From Octopus vulgaris (lineage: Eukaryota): a stretch of 64,000 nt of DNA. Positions 14,008 through 25,868 of the stretch are shown one piece after another. The notes under the pieces are model-generated. The model was not told the DNA's origin and did not search any database. It was given only the letters and a program-made list of their open reading frames with translations. The number at the start of each line of letters is the position of its first letter. The stretch's first letter is position 1. Location: contig OX597815.1 of assembly GCA_951406725.2 (NCBI GenBank), positions 158,100,001 through 158,164,000 on the forward strand. The letters are read 5' to 3'. The translations under genes were made by a program, and so were the position numbers.

Positions 14008-15537
14008 CTTTTTTGCTGCTTAGTTTATGAGATTTGGATATGTGTGCATTATTTGTGTGTCCATGTTTGTCCCTCCAACATTGCTTGACAACCGATGCTG
14101 GTGTGTTTACATCCCCGTAACTTAGCGGTTTGGCAAGAGAGATTGACAGAATAAGTACTAGGCTTACACAGAATAAGCTCTAGGGTCGATTTGCTTGACT
14201 AAAGGTGGTACTCCAGCATGGCCATAGTCAAATGATTGAAAGTAAAAGATTAAAGAATAGGAACAGATCTTAGTGTGTTTGTGTGTGTGTGTGCGTATGT
14301 GTGTGTGCATGCATATATATATATATATTAAGAAACAGAGAAATTAATTTCTTTTTGTAACAAATTAAAGCAACAAATTCAGGGTGCATGAATGTGGAAG
14401 GAATGTTTTGTTGTGCTTAGTATATATATATTTGGTATTGAAAAAAACCCAACATATTGGTGTTTTACTTAATTTTGTGCTTTAATTAGGTAAAAAAAAG
14501 AAAAAAATTCTTCAGCATGGTAGACAGTAAAACAAGGATTGTGGGAGTTAGTTCAAATTGTTGTGGAAAAGTAATAATGCAGTATGTATATTAACAAACA
14601 TTTGCAAAACCACCCAGATTGATCATGTGAAACTTGTAAATATGTATATACACAAAATACTTAAGAGAAAAAAAATTTGAAATTAAATATAGTGAGCAAA
14701 CAGCATGTCACTGCAGTACTCAACTGGCAATCACCAAATTGATCTTATAACAATTCTCCAGTGGTCACATCCCATTGCCAAAAACAATTATCAAAGAACA
14801 TAAACAATCAACTCTTTCCAAAAACTGACTTGAAGTTTTGGTGCTCTGATGAAGAAGTATACAAGTCTGGCTCATTTAGAATTAAAAAGAAAAAATGCAT
14901 TATATTGCTTGCAATGTTGACTTTTGTGTCAAACACACCACCAATACTTCAGTTTGAAGTGGTTGTATTCAGATAGCCCAGCATTAGTCTTCATGTTCAA
15001 TTAGACTTTTATAATCACATCAAAAGCTGTCTAGTTTTTCCATATTTTATCATAACCATACCTTTTGATAAAGAATAAAAAATTACAACTTTAAAAGTTC
15101 ATCTTATGCTATTTTCTTTACTTAAATGTGGACTCAAGGTTTATTTAGCGTATATTTCGAGTTTGAACATAATTTCTTTTCAGGGCCTCAAAAGCCATTT
15201 TGTTCTACTTTACAAAATGTTACCCAACTGTGGCTTTCTTGCTGATAATATTGTTGATAACCCTAACCATCCCATCATTATTTGAGTAAATTATTATTGA
15301 AATGAAAAGAAAGAAAAAAAAAAGGTAGTAGAAGATGGGAGGTGGTAGTAACAGGTTGTAAGCCCCAAAATAGTGGGCTCAGCTGTGCTCCATGGATGTG
15401 GCCATAATGACATTGCCATGGAGAATGATCAGTGATACTTGATGCTTCAACCCCGCCACCTTGCAGGGGTCATTTCTCAATAATTCATGAAATTGTTCTA
15501 TAAAATATCATTGATATACATGAATCTTCTTACTTAC

Positions 15538-15609
15538 TTTAGAACCTTTGATACCATCATAACCAGGTAATCCAGGATTTCCTTTCTGTCCTGTTTCTCC
15601 ACGAATGCC
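15538..15609 (-). CDS. Collagen exon, 72 bp: GIRGETGQKGNPGLPGYDGIKGSK
   Basis: Acceptor gtttctttcag, donor gtaagt; 8 triplets. Confidence 0.96.
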
Positions 15610-16691
15610 CTGAAAGAAACATTTATTTAGAAATAAATAAAAATTTGGATTTTTCATACTAAACTGTAAATGTTGCATATGTCATAACCGTTCCTTTTTC
15701 ATTAGGAAACTGGAGTGTACAAGCATAGAATTGAAAAACACACACCATAGTGCTGTAGGAGCCTATGAAAGGATCAATTTCTAAGTATTCATTTTGTTAC
15801 TTTGATTGCATTTAACTTTCTTTTTATTTGTCTTTCTTCCTTGATATCTCAGTATTAACTTATTGGTTTGAAAAATGAAATATTTTACAACCTGCAGTTG
15901 AAAATCAGAAATACTGACCGTTTAATTCATATTAGATATGTATAATCATTTTAGCATATTTTGCAAGATTTATCTTGGTCCATATACAATTCCTTTCACT
16001 AAACAATTCTCATAGGCTTTAGCACTGGTTGTTTAATGAATCTTAGTATAGACCAAACATTTTGGAAAATTGACTCATATATTTCAAAGATTTCAATAAC
16101 ATAGTTCAATGTCAGTTTTTCTTTACTTTCAGATTGTGAAAAGGTATGTAAACATAGAGTATTGCTGACTGCCTATAATATATTTAATGTGTGAGTCGCA
16201 CATCTATTCTCCCTATTATCATTTGTGTCTATTTGGATTATTAAATTCAAGTTATGTAACTCAATAACAGGAATACAATTAGTTGTAAACTAATAGAGAG
16301 ATTGGAGTGTAGTCTTCACTTTATGTAACAGATACAATAATTACATTTTCATTTGAACACCTAGACTGATTTCAGAAGCTATTATGCAAAATTATACTGT
16401 TGGTTTTGAATTTTAATTAAAGGAAGGTGGAATGTTACAATATCCAGCTTTTATAGTATAAACTAGATAAACTTGATATGATAATAGTGACAGGCATTAA
16501 TTTACCACTGGTGTTCATCTCTGTCAATTCAATAGAAAATATTACACTTGGGCAAAACTGACACTCGAAATTTCTGTTTCAGGATTTCCACCCAGAAGGA
16601 TAAAACATTTTCATTTCTAAAAGTAGTTTAATGTATATAGATAACAGAAATAACATTTATTTCATGGAACAAAATAAAGTTAATACAATAC

Positions 16692-16727
16692 CTTTTCTCC
16701 CTTGTCTCCTTTTGGACCTGGTAGTCC
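16692..16727 (-). CDS. Collagen exon, 36 bp: GLPGPKGDKGEK
   Basis: Acceptor ccattttag, donor AAG|gtattg; 4 triplets. Confidence 0.94.
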
Positions 16728-18978
16728 CTAAAATGGAACACATAAGTAATAACAGGTAAGTAGGATATAGACATAATACAATACAGAATTTGTTGATTTT
16801 GTAGGGTTAAACTTCACAAAGCATAACACATTAGTTGTATGTTAGATTAAAATAGACAACATTTATTAATAAAGTGATGCTTGAAAAAATAATATTCATG
16901 CTTTGTGGATGATGTATATTTAACTATGAGAACTAAATAATTATAAATTTGAAATATATTATTTTCTTAATAAATGATAAGGTCTTTTGCATGGCAGGGC
17001 AAAAGTTTAATTCTAAAATTTCTACAGTAATAAGCAGCTGACTGATAAACTTTCTTTAATAGGATGTTTAGTCTACCACATATAACTTATCTTGCAAACT
17101 CTGATGACTATTCCTAATAGCTAGCTAAACTCAGGAAATTCAGAAGTATTGCATTGTCTAAAATTGAATGAAAGACATGTATTTTGTTTGAAGTGAGCTA
17201 TTCACTCTGTTGTTACCTATAATTTTTTGCTATATCTTTCAGACCTGAAGAATTACACATGGTGAGAAACCACTAGAAGTTAATGGTTACTCAACATCCT
17301 TTACTAGTCACTGACCTGGCCTAAAACCAAAGGAAAACTCAATCAACAGCTGCTCCAATACACAAGTATATCTGTTTACAAGCATCACTGTCATACAAAG
17401 TATGTTGTTGATTTCCAGTCTTCTGTGAAAAGCATAACTGTCCATGAGGAAATATAAACTCTTTTGGAAACAGAGAAGGCTTGGCAACTGGAAGAGCATC
17501 TAGAAGATCTGCCTCAACAAATTTTATTTGACCCATGCAAGCACGGAAAATGAAGGTGTTTATGATATATATGTAAATGGTCATGACTCAGAATCAAAAA
17601 TTTAATATATTTTTTACTAATTGTTGTACATACCTATGTTGTGAGCAGACACCTCATCTCTATCATCATTGACTAAGTGCAACATCAATGATGTGACTAC
17701 CGGGGAAGGGGGGGGGGCTGAACCAGTACTCAGCTAATATTCATTTTAGCTAAGTCAGCTGGAGCAATATAAAAGTGCCTAAATCAAGGACAAATCACAG
17801 GGTGAAAGAAACAAGCCCATAACCCCAACATCCTAACCAGTAGGCCATGTGCCTTAATTATACATATACTTATACACAAATGTATTTATACATTTATTTA
17901 TATATATCACAAACACCCACACACCTGTATGTGCAGTGGAGTGCCAGAAACAGAAGATTGCTAGTCAATGTTTAATATTTCATGAAATCATTTTATATTC
18001 CGATTACAAATCCATGAGAGTCATTCATGTCACTATTGATGATGATGCAGAAGCTATGCTTTAAATCTATATTCATATATATATCCCTGCTTTAAGAAAT
18101 ATGAGAAGTAGGTAAGATAGTTGAGATGTTTAAAATTTCTATTTATTTTAACAAATAGAACACCATGCAGTTGATTTTTTAGTTGTGTAAGTTATATAGA
18201 ATTAATATTAAAATATTTGAATTATCAAACATGCCATTTTCCTGAATACATAATTGCAGGTATTAATTAAATTATAACCTTAATTCTGTGAGTCTCTCAA
18301 TAAACTAATAATTACTCTTTTACTTGTTTCAGTCATTTGACTGTGGCCATACTGGAGCACTGCCTTTAAACAAAATTAAATAATATTCAATGCTTTTCAA
18401 GACAAATTTGTACTGAAGTAAAACTATTAGCTAAAGTAAAACTTGAATGTATTCCTTTCTTTTAAAAAATAAGTTAAGTGAAATCTAAGCCTTAAGGAAA
18501 TAAGAAATCTATTAATAATGAATGATAATATAACCAAATAGATTGACATAAATTTGAGGTCTTCACTTGATCCAGTGGCTCTCAAACATGAAGTAACAGG
18601 TAGGAAAGTGAACTGTGAATATAACCAATAAATTGATATCAACTGATATTCTATAGCTAAGTATTTCTGAAATCTTAAAATTGAAGAGTTATATAAATTT
18701 TGAAATGTTTCTCACAAAAAATATTGTTAAATAAAATTTTGAAAATTCGACTAATGCAAGGGAATTTAAAGTAAATTATAAGTTCTAATAAAAAATTTAA
18801 TATTGGACTTTTTTAAATTGAAAATAATTGAGGGATCAGATTTTTCAATGGAAAATTACAACATTTACTTAGAAAATTTACTGAGCTGAGACATATTTAT
18901 AGCAGTGGAAAAAATGTTTCATCACAAATTTGATATTATTATTTTAATTTTTTAATTTGTGTGAAGCTAAATACTTAC

Positions 18979-19014
18979 CACATCACCCTTTCCTCCTTTT
19001 AAACCACCTGGTCC
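18979..19014 (-). CDS. Collagen exon, 36 bp: GPGGLKGGKGDV
   Basis: Acceptor tatatag, donor gtaagt; 4 triplets. Confidence 0.93.
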
Positions 19015-20303
19015 CTATATACAGAAGAATATATATTTACATTGAATGATGATGCAGTAAATAACTATTTATTTTCTATTTTAACAGAATATTGGGAACC
19101 TTTCAGAGTTCAATATTTATTACATGCTATAGTGAAGTGTATTCAGGATATTTATCAGATTGTAATTAAGTTTTTATGATGCAGTACTGATTATTATACA
19201 GCATGCATGATCTCAACAAAGCTTTATTAGAATATTTCAAATGATATATATCTTAAAGTGCAAAAAACAACTATAAAAAAATGTGTTTTACAGTTCATTC
19301 AAATTTGTTAGATTTTAACATGCCAGCTTCTTCCATCACATATCTTTACTGAAATAAGCTACAGATTAAAATAACAGGTATTATATTTGAGATTCTTGAC
19401 AAGATAAAATTACATATTTTAACTATAAACAAAAAGTACTTGGTTTTACATGATAATAAAATTTTGTTTATAAAAATTTACAACTCTTTCTGTAGATGCT
19501 ATCATTTTATGGAGTAGCTTAGAAGCATGCTTTGAAGATATTTTACATTCTACAGTTTCAGAGTCAAGTTTTCTCTGACCTCAGTTAGCTAAAAAATAAA
19601 ATTTAATAGCTAACATAACATAAATGATTGTTATGTCCAGTCAAATTTTCACTTCAAATCAAGGCATTTTAAAATGTTAAGACTCAATGAGGCATGAAAT
19701 AAAACATTTTTTTTTTCAATATAATCATACTAAGATCTGGTTGATTCCAATAAAACATTGACGTGGTAAATCTATATTCATTAAATCATATAAAGTTTAC
19801 ATTATCAAGGATTAAACTATACAGTTTAAAATAAAAGGAGATTTTACTTTGAAAAAAATTCAGAGAATCTTTCACAAGTTGAAAAAAAATTGAAATACTT
19901 AGAAATATCATTTTAAAATAATATTAAGAAAAATAGAACATCAGATATGCAGATATAGCAAAATATTAAAATAAGCATCTTGGAACCAGTTTATAAAATG
20001 TTCAAAGGTTAGAAAATTTCTACATAGGTTACAGGCAAATATATATATACATATATATATATATAAATATGTTCATTATAAAGTCCATGTACAATTTTAA
20101 ATTATTAAGCAGTTTTAAAACTTTTGTTCCTTATATGACAATCAAAATATTGTTGCAATTACTTTTTTATCTTAAAAAGTTTAATAATTATTTCAGCTTC
20201 ATAATACAAAAACAATAAAGTTTATTCAACTGGATCTCATTCTAAAGATGATTTGTAAGTTAGAATACGTAATATGATTCAGGATGAAACTGAACATCAG
20301 CTA

Positions 20304-20448
20304 TAACTTATAAATAAGGGCAAAAGAAAGAAATTCCAATGCCAAATATGCTGAGAATAGACTTTAAATCGTGGTTATTCACAATTTAAAGTCTATTCTC
20401 GGCATATTTGGCATTGAAATTTTTTGCTTTACCCTTATTTATAAGTTG
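20304..20448. repeat. Foldback hairpin with ~70-bp arms
   Basis: aacttataaataaggg..caatgccaaatatgctgagaatagactttaaat / atttaaagtctattctcggcatatttggcattg..cccttatttataagtt. Confidence 0.9.
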
Positions 20449-21627
20449 TTAATAAATTTCATCTTATAAGGTATTTTTTAATATGCTAGCCACTGATAAA
20501 ATTTTTTTGAGAATTTTTTCCTATATTAGGTGATATTATATATGTGTGTGTGTGTGTGTGTGTGTGCATATATTTTACTTATGTAAATATATATATTTAT
20601 ATGTATGTATGGATACATATATTTGTAGTAGGGTATTAAGAACATCTTCTGAGCATGATCGTTGCCAGAGTGGCTATCTGGCCTCCGTGCCGGTGTCACG
20701 TAAAAGACACCATTCAAGCATGATCGTTACCAGCATCGCCTTACTGGCACCTGTGCCGGTAGCATGTGTAAAAGATTCAAGTGAGGTCGTTGCCAGTACC
20801 GCCTGATTGGCCCCATGCCGGTGGCACGTAAAAGCACCCACTACACTCTTGGAGTGGTTAGGAAGGGCATCCAGCTGTAGAAACTCTGCCAGATCAAGAT
20901 TGAAGCCTGGTGCAGCCATCTGGTTCACCAGCCCTCAGTCATTCGTCCAACCCATGCTAGCATGGAAAGCAGACGTTAAATGATGATGATGATGATGATG
21001 ATGATATAAATAGAGAGAGAGAGAGAGAGAGAGAGAGTTAAAGTTATGCAAATGTGAAATTGTACAAGGACTTTATAATGACGCTATATATAAACGGATA
21101 AAACATGCATTTAAAGTGCTTCCATAGAGACAATACAAGTAGATGAGTAGAAAGAAATGAAGAGATTACTGAATGGCTAAAGAAAGATAAATTGATTTAA
21201 AATTAGCAATAAAATTGCAGTTAACCCTAAAATATGTATATAATAATTAACATTAAAAATTATGTATACAATCAATACACAACTGTTTCAGATATGATCG
21301 ACTGCGATAATGCTGGAGCATAACTTCTTGGATTTTAGTTGGTTGTATCAAATCAGTATTTATTTTGTTTACCTTGGACAAAAATCAAAGACTAAGTCAA
21401 GAGGTCATAAAGGGAGACAATCAAGATAATAGAAAAAACAAGGCATTTTCATTCAAGATTTTGGTTTTATCCTCCTGTACAGACACTTGTTCACATGCAC
21501 GCAAGCACGCGCACACATGAAAACAAACACACACACACACACACAGAGTAGCACACCTAACTTCTGCAGAGTTGCTATACATCAAATTTTACTTGCAAGG
21601 CTTTGGTCAGCATATGGCTACTGAACA

Positions 21628-21851
21628 TAAGGCAGTGAGCTGGCAGAAACGTAAGCAGGCCAGGTGAAATGCGTAGCCATATTTCATCTGCCGTTATGTA
21701 TGAGTTCAAATTCCACCGAGGTCGACTTTGCCTTTCATCCTTTCGGGGTCGATAAAATAAAGTACCAGTTTCGCACTGGGGTCAATGTAATCGACTTAAT
21801 CCCTTTGTTTGTCCCCTCTATGTTTAGCCCCTTGTGGGTAGTAAAGAAAAA
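21628..21851 (+). mobile_element. SINE family C insertion with a perfect 16-bp target-site duplication
   Basis: ATATGGCTACTGAACA at 21612-21627 and 21852-21867; B-box-like gagttcaaattcc. Related copies at 10385-10604(-), 40552-40760 and 45480-45690(-). Confidence 0.9.
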
Positions 21852-22211
21852 ATATGGCTACTGAACAATGACATGGAAACACAGTTGCAAAGTCAACCTC
21901 TTAACAGATAGCCATGCCTGTGACTGATGTTAATATAAAGTATTCATTTTTAATTGTCTGTAAAGTGGGTTGGCAATAGGAAGAGAATCAATGTTAAAAA
22001 ACAATCCATCCAAAACATGCCAATAATGAAAAAACAGTTATAAGATGATGTTGATTATGATGATGATGATGATGATGATGACAGTAACCTACTCATATTA
22101 TCAAGTGAAATTTAGTAATAACCTATCATATTTCTTTTTACACAATGCATATAAAGTGAAGGGGCAAAAACAAAAACCCAGAAAACAAACATGTCTTAAA
22201 ATAGTACAAAC

Positions 22212-22247
22212 CGGATAGCCAGGATAACCACTTCGACCCTTAGGCCC
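22212..22247 (-). CDS. Collagen exon, 36 bp: GPKGRSGYPGYP
   Basis: Acceptor ttttttcaaag, donor gtttgt; 4 triplets. Confidence 0.92.
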
Positions 22248-22425
22248 CTTTGAAAAAATAAATAATTGAATTATTACATTTAAATAATATCAACTAGATA
22301 AGGAACTAATATTAAACAAAGAATTATAGAAGCTAAATATTGACTTATAGACGTAATACCAATGACATCTTTTTAAGCAATGCTGCCTGTTTCAAAAACA
22401 GAACACAAATGAATCTGAGAATAAT

Positions 22426-22569
22426 TATATAATATATATATATATGTGTGTGTGTGCCCACATAGACACACACAAATATATACATACATACACATACATA
22501 TGTATATATATACCTATATATATATACATATATACATACATACATATATACCTATATATATATACATAT

Positions 22570-22608
<39 letters not shown>

Positions 22609-22609
22609 T

Positions 22610-22692
<83 letters not shown>

Positions 22693-22740
22693 CATATATA
22701 AATATATATACATATATATACAAATTATTACATTATATAC
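22426..22740. repeat. Compound (TA)n/(TACA)n microsatellite; similar tracts at 4597-4658, 12229-12338, 24622-24865, 25296-25606, 33607-34090, 57329-57664, 61015-61390 and 63700-64000
   Basis: Directly visible low-complexity tracts; these produce the YIYI/HTHT ORFs. Confidence 0.97.
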
Positions 22741-23499
22741 TTTAAGTATTAGAAATAGTTTTAAAAAAGTTTTTTAGCTGCTATTTCTAATGAGTTCAGT
22801 ATGCGGCAAAGTAATTTATTTTACTAAGCCCTTTTATATAATGTAATAATTTGAATTCGCCTTAAATGGTCCCTTTGCATACTGAACACTTGGTGAAATT
22901 GATTAATAATTAATTAATTTTACCCTCAATTGTTGAAATTATAATTAATCTCTCTCTAATTAATGCCTCGGATTTTACCGAAATAAGCATAGTGTTTGCT
23001 GATTTTAACCCACGCTGGTGGAAAGGGGAGAACAGAAATTCTTCGCTTGCATATTTGAGTTTGTTGGCACTGTTAGTTGCGGGCAGGTCTTCAGAAGCGA
23101 TAGGAAGCCGAAAGGGCATGCTCCCACTTTCAGTGTTTTCAAATCCAAACCAAGGAGTTTCTGAGCTGATGATAGAAGTGTCGTGTTGACTAATCTTGAA
23201 ACGTACGTTCTCAAATAACCTTTGCATTTGATTTTTTGATGTCTTTACCCCCATACTTTCGTGAGCTGAATTGAGCAAACACTATATGAGAGAGGTTTTC
23301 TTTAAGTATTAGAAATAGTTTTAAAAAGTTTTTAGCTGCTATTTCTAATGAGTTCAGTATGCGGCAAAGTAATTTATTTTACTAAGCCCTTTTATATAAT
23401 GTAATAATTTGAATTCGCCTTAAATGGTCCCTTTGCATACTGAACACTTGGTGAAATTGATTAATAATTAATTAATTTTACCCTCAATTGTTGAAATTA
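22741..23499 (+). mobile_element. Non-coding hammerhead-bearing element with ~200-bp direct terminal repeats (Penelope-like pLTR or retrozyme-like), inserted in (TA)n
   Basis: 22741-22941 is near-identical to 23301-23499 (period 560 nt), with a hammerhead between them and microsatellite on both flanks. Confidence 0.7.
23162..23213 (+). ncRNA. Minimal type I hammerhead ribozyme motif
   Basis: TGAG-CTGATGA(23166-72)-T AGA..GTC gtgtt GAC..TCT T-GAAAC GTAC GTT-CTCA. Stem III lies in the palindrome AACGTACGTT. Predicted cleavage is after 23209 (GUU). Confidence 0.7.
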
Positions 23500-23599
23500 C
23501 ATATATATATACATATATATATATACATATATAAATATATATGTATACATATATATATATATTTATATAATATATATATATACATATAATATATATTTA

Positions 23600-24182
23600 A
23601 GATCTTTTCCTTTTGAACGGCAGACAATTTCTAGTTAACTAAACACTTTAAAACTTCGTATACTGGTAGAATTTGTCAAAATAAAACATTTTTTTCTCTT
23701 GGCTTTCTTGAGAAAATTTTAATCTGTTTGTTTAACATAGTTTAATTTTTCAAATTTTAACCAATCCTATGCTCTTTTTTGAGCTAAAATCATTTGCTGT
23801 GTCTAAAACTGAGACAACATCCTGTCACTAACCCTCAACCTAACCTTAACCCTAAATTTTTTTTTCTTAATTGTTAAATTCATTTAACAATAAAAAAAAA
23901 ATAGGGTTAGGGTTAGGTTGAGGGTTAGTGACAGGATGTTGTCTCAGTTTTAGACACAGCAAATGATTTTAGTTCAATGGAGGTAATCAATTGGTTAAAA
24001 TTGCCGAAATGCTTGGATTTTCAGATGAAATATCTTACAAACTATAGAATTTTCTCAATAAAACCAAGAGAAAATGATGTTTTATAAACATTTATAAACA
24101 CATTCTACCAGTATACGAAGTTTAAAACTTTTTAGTAACCTAGAAATTATGTTACAAACTGCCGTTCAAAAGGAAAAGATCC
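23600..24182. mobile_element. Palindromic MITE/foldback element with internal telomere-like (CCCTAA/TTAGGG) repeats
   Basis: Termini gatcttttccttttgaacggcag / ctgccgttcaaaaggaaaagatc. The arms pair along most of the length; the centre reads aaccctcaacctaaccttaaccctaa..tagggttagggttaggttgagggtt. Flanked by TA repeats. Confidence 0.85.
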
Positions 24183-24619
24183 TATATTTATAATATATAT
24201 TATATATATACATGATATATATATATATGCTATATATATATATAATATATATACAATATTCTTTTATTGACTGCGTCCATGCTCGAGCACCACCTTTTAG
24301 TCGAACAAATCAGGACTTATTCTTTGTAAGCCTAGTATTTATTCCATCAGTCCCTTGTTGCCAAACCGCTAAGTTACAGGGACATAAGCACACCAGCATT
24401 GCATGTCAACCGATGTTGGGGGGAGGGGGAACAAACAGACACACACATATATATATATGACAGGCTTCTTTCAGTTTCTGTCTACCAAATCCACTCACAA
24501 GGCTTTGGCCGGCCCAAGGCTATAGTAGAAGACACTTGACCAAGGTGCCACACAGTGGGACTGAACCTGGAACCATGTGGTTGGTAAGCAAGCTACTTAC
24601 CATGCAGCCACCCCTGAGC

Positions 24620-24654
<35 letters not shown>

Positions 24655-25151
24655 TATTATATATATAAATATTATATATATATACATATATATAAATATT
24701 ATATATATATATACATATATACAAATATTATATATATATATACATATATATAAATATTATATATATACATATATATATAAATATCATATATACACGTATA
24801 TATATTATATATATATACATATATATATAGATATTATATATATACATATATATATGTGTGTGTGTGGAGGCACATGGCGTAGTGGTCAGAGCAGTTGACT
24901 TGCGGTCGAGGGAATTTGGGTTCGAATCTCAGACCAGGCGATATGTGTGTTTATGAGCAAAACACCTAAGCTCCTTGTAGCTCCGACAGAAGGTAATGGT
25001 GAACTTCTACTGACACTTTTGCCACAACTTTCTCTCACTCCTTCCTCCTGCATCCCGTCCAAGTGGGGAACCTATACATCAAGGAAACCAGCCCTTATGA
25101 GCTAGGCATGGCCCGAAAAAGAACAAACATATATATATATATATATATATA

Positions 25152-25214
25152 TGACAATTATTCAGTAGCCATGATAAAACTCCGAGGTTTATCATGGCTA
25201 TTGAATAATTGTCA
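25152..25214. repeat. Hairpin with 27-bp arms
   Basis: tgacaattattcagtagccatgataaa-actccgagg-tttatcatggctattgaataattgtca. Confidence 0.9.
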
Positions 25215-25292
25215 CATATATTTACAGATAAATTCCTCTATTTACATAATATCAAGGTCTCTTTCATTCTTTTGTTGTCTTGCCATTTCCAT

Positions 25293-25327
<35 letters not shown>

Positions 25328-25520
25328 CATATATATATATATCTATATACATACATATATATATATATATCTATATATATATCTATAGATATAAATATAT
25401 ATATACATACATATATATATATACATACATACATATATATATATATACATACATATATATATATATACATACATACATATATATATACATACATACATAT
25501 ATACATACATACATATATAT

Positions 25521-25590
<70 letters not shown>

Positions 25591-25841
25591 CACACACACA
25601 TACACATAGTCCAACTCATGTCAGCATGGGAAAAAGGACATTAAATGAGGATGATGTATATAAAATATATGTATTACTTTCTTTACCATCTGTCAATATA
25701 TTTTTCTCAACAGAAAGGGCTAGACAGGCAAAGTTGAGGGTATACAGAGGTGGTGAAGTACATTGCTTTTAGAAATATATAGTATACATAATTTAATAAT
25801 TATGGTCATGCTTGTCTCCAGATAGCAGGAAAGTGCCATAC

Positions 25842-25868
25842 CTGAATGCCAGTTGCACCATTTGAACC
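25842..25868 (-). CDS. Collagen exon, 27 bp: GSNGATGIQ
   Basis: Acceptor tcttgcatttag, donor CAG|gtatgg; 3 triplets. Confidence 0.85.

Noticed and set aside
22910-23278. 122-aa minus-strand ORF and overlapping ORFs as a captured or foreign gene
   Set aside because: No recognisable motif; the region is better explained as a structured non-coding hammerhead element.
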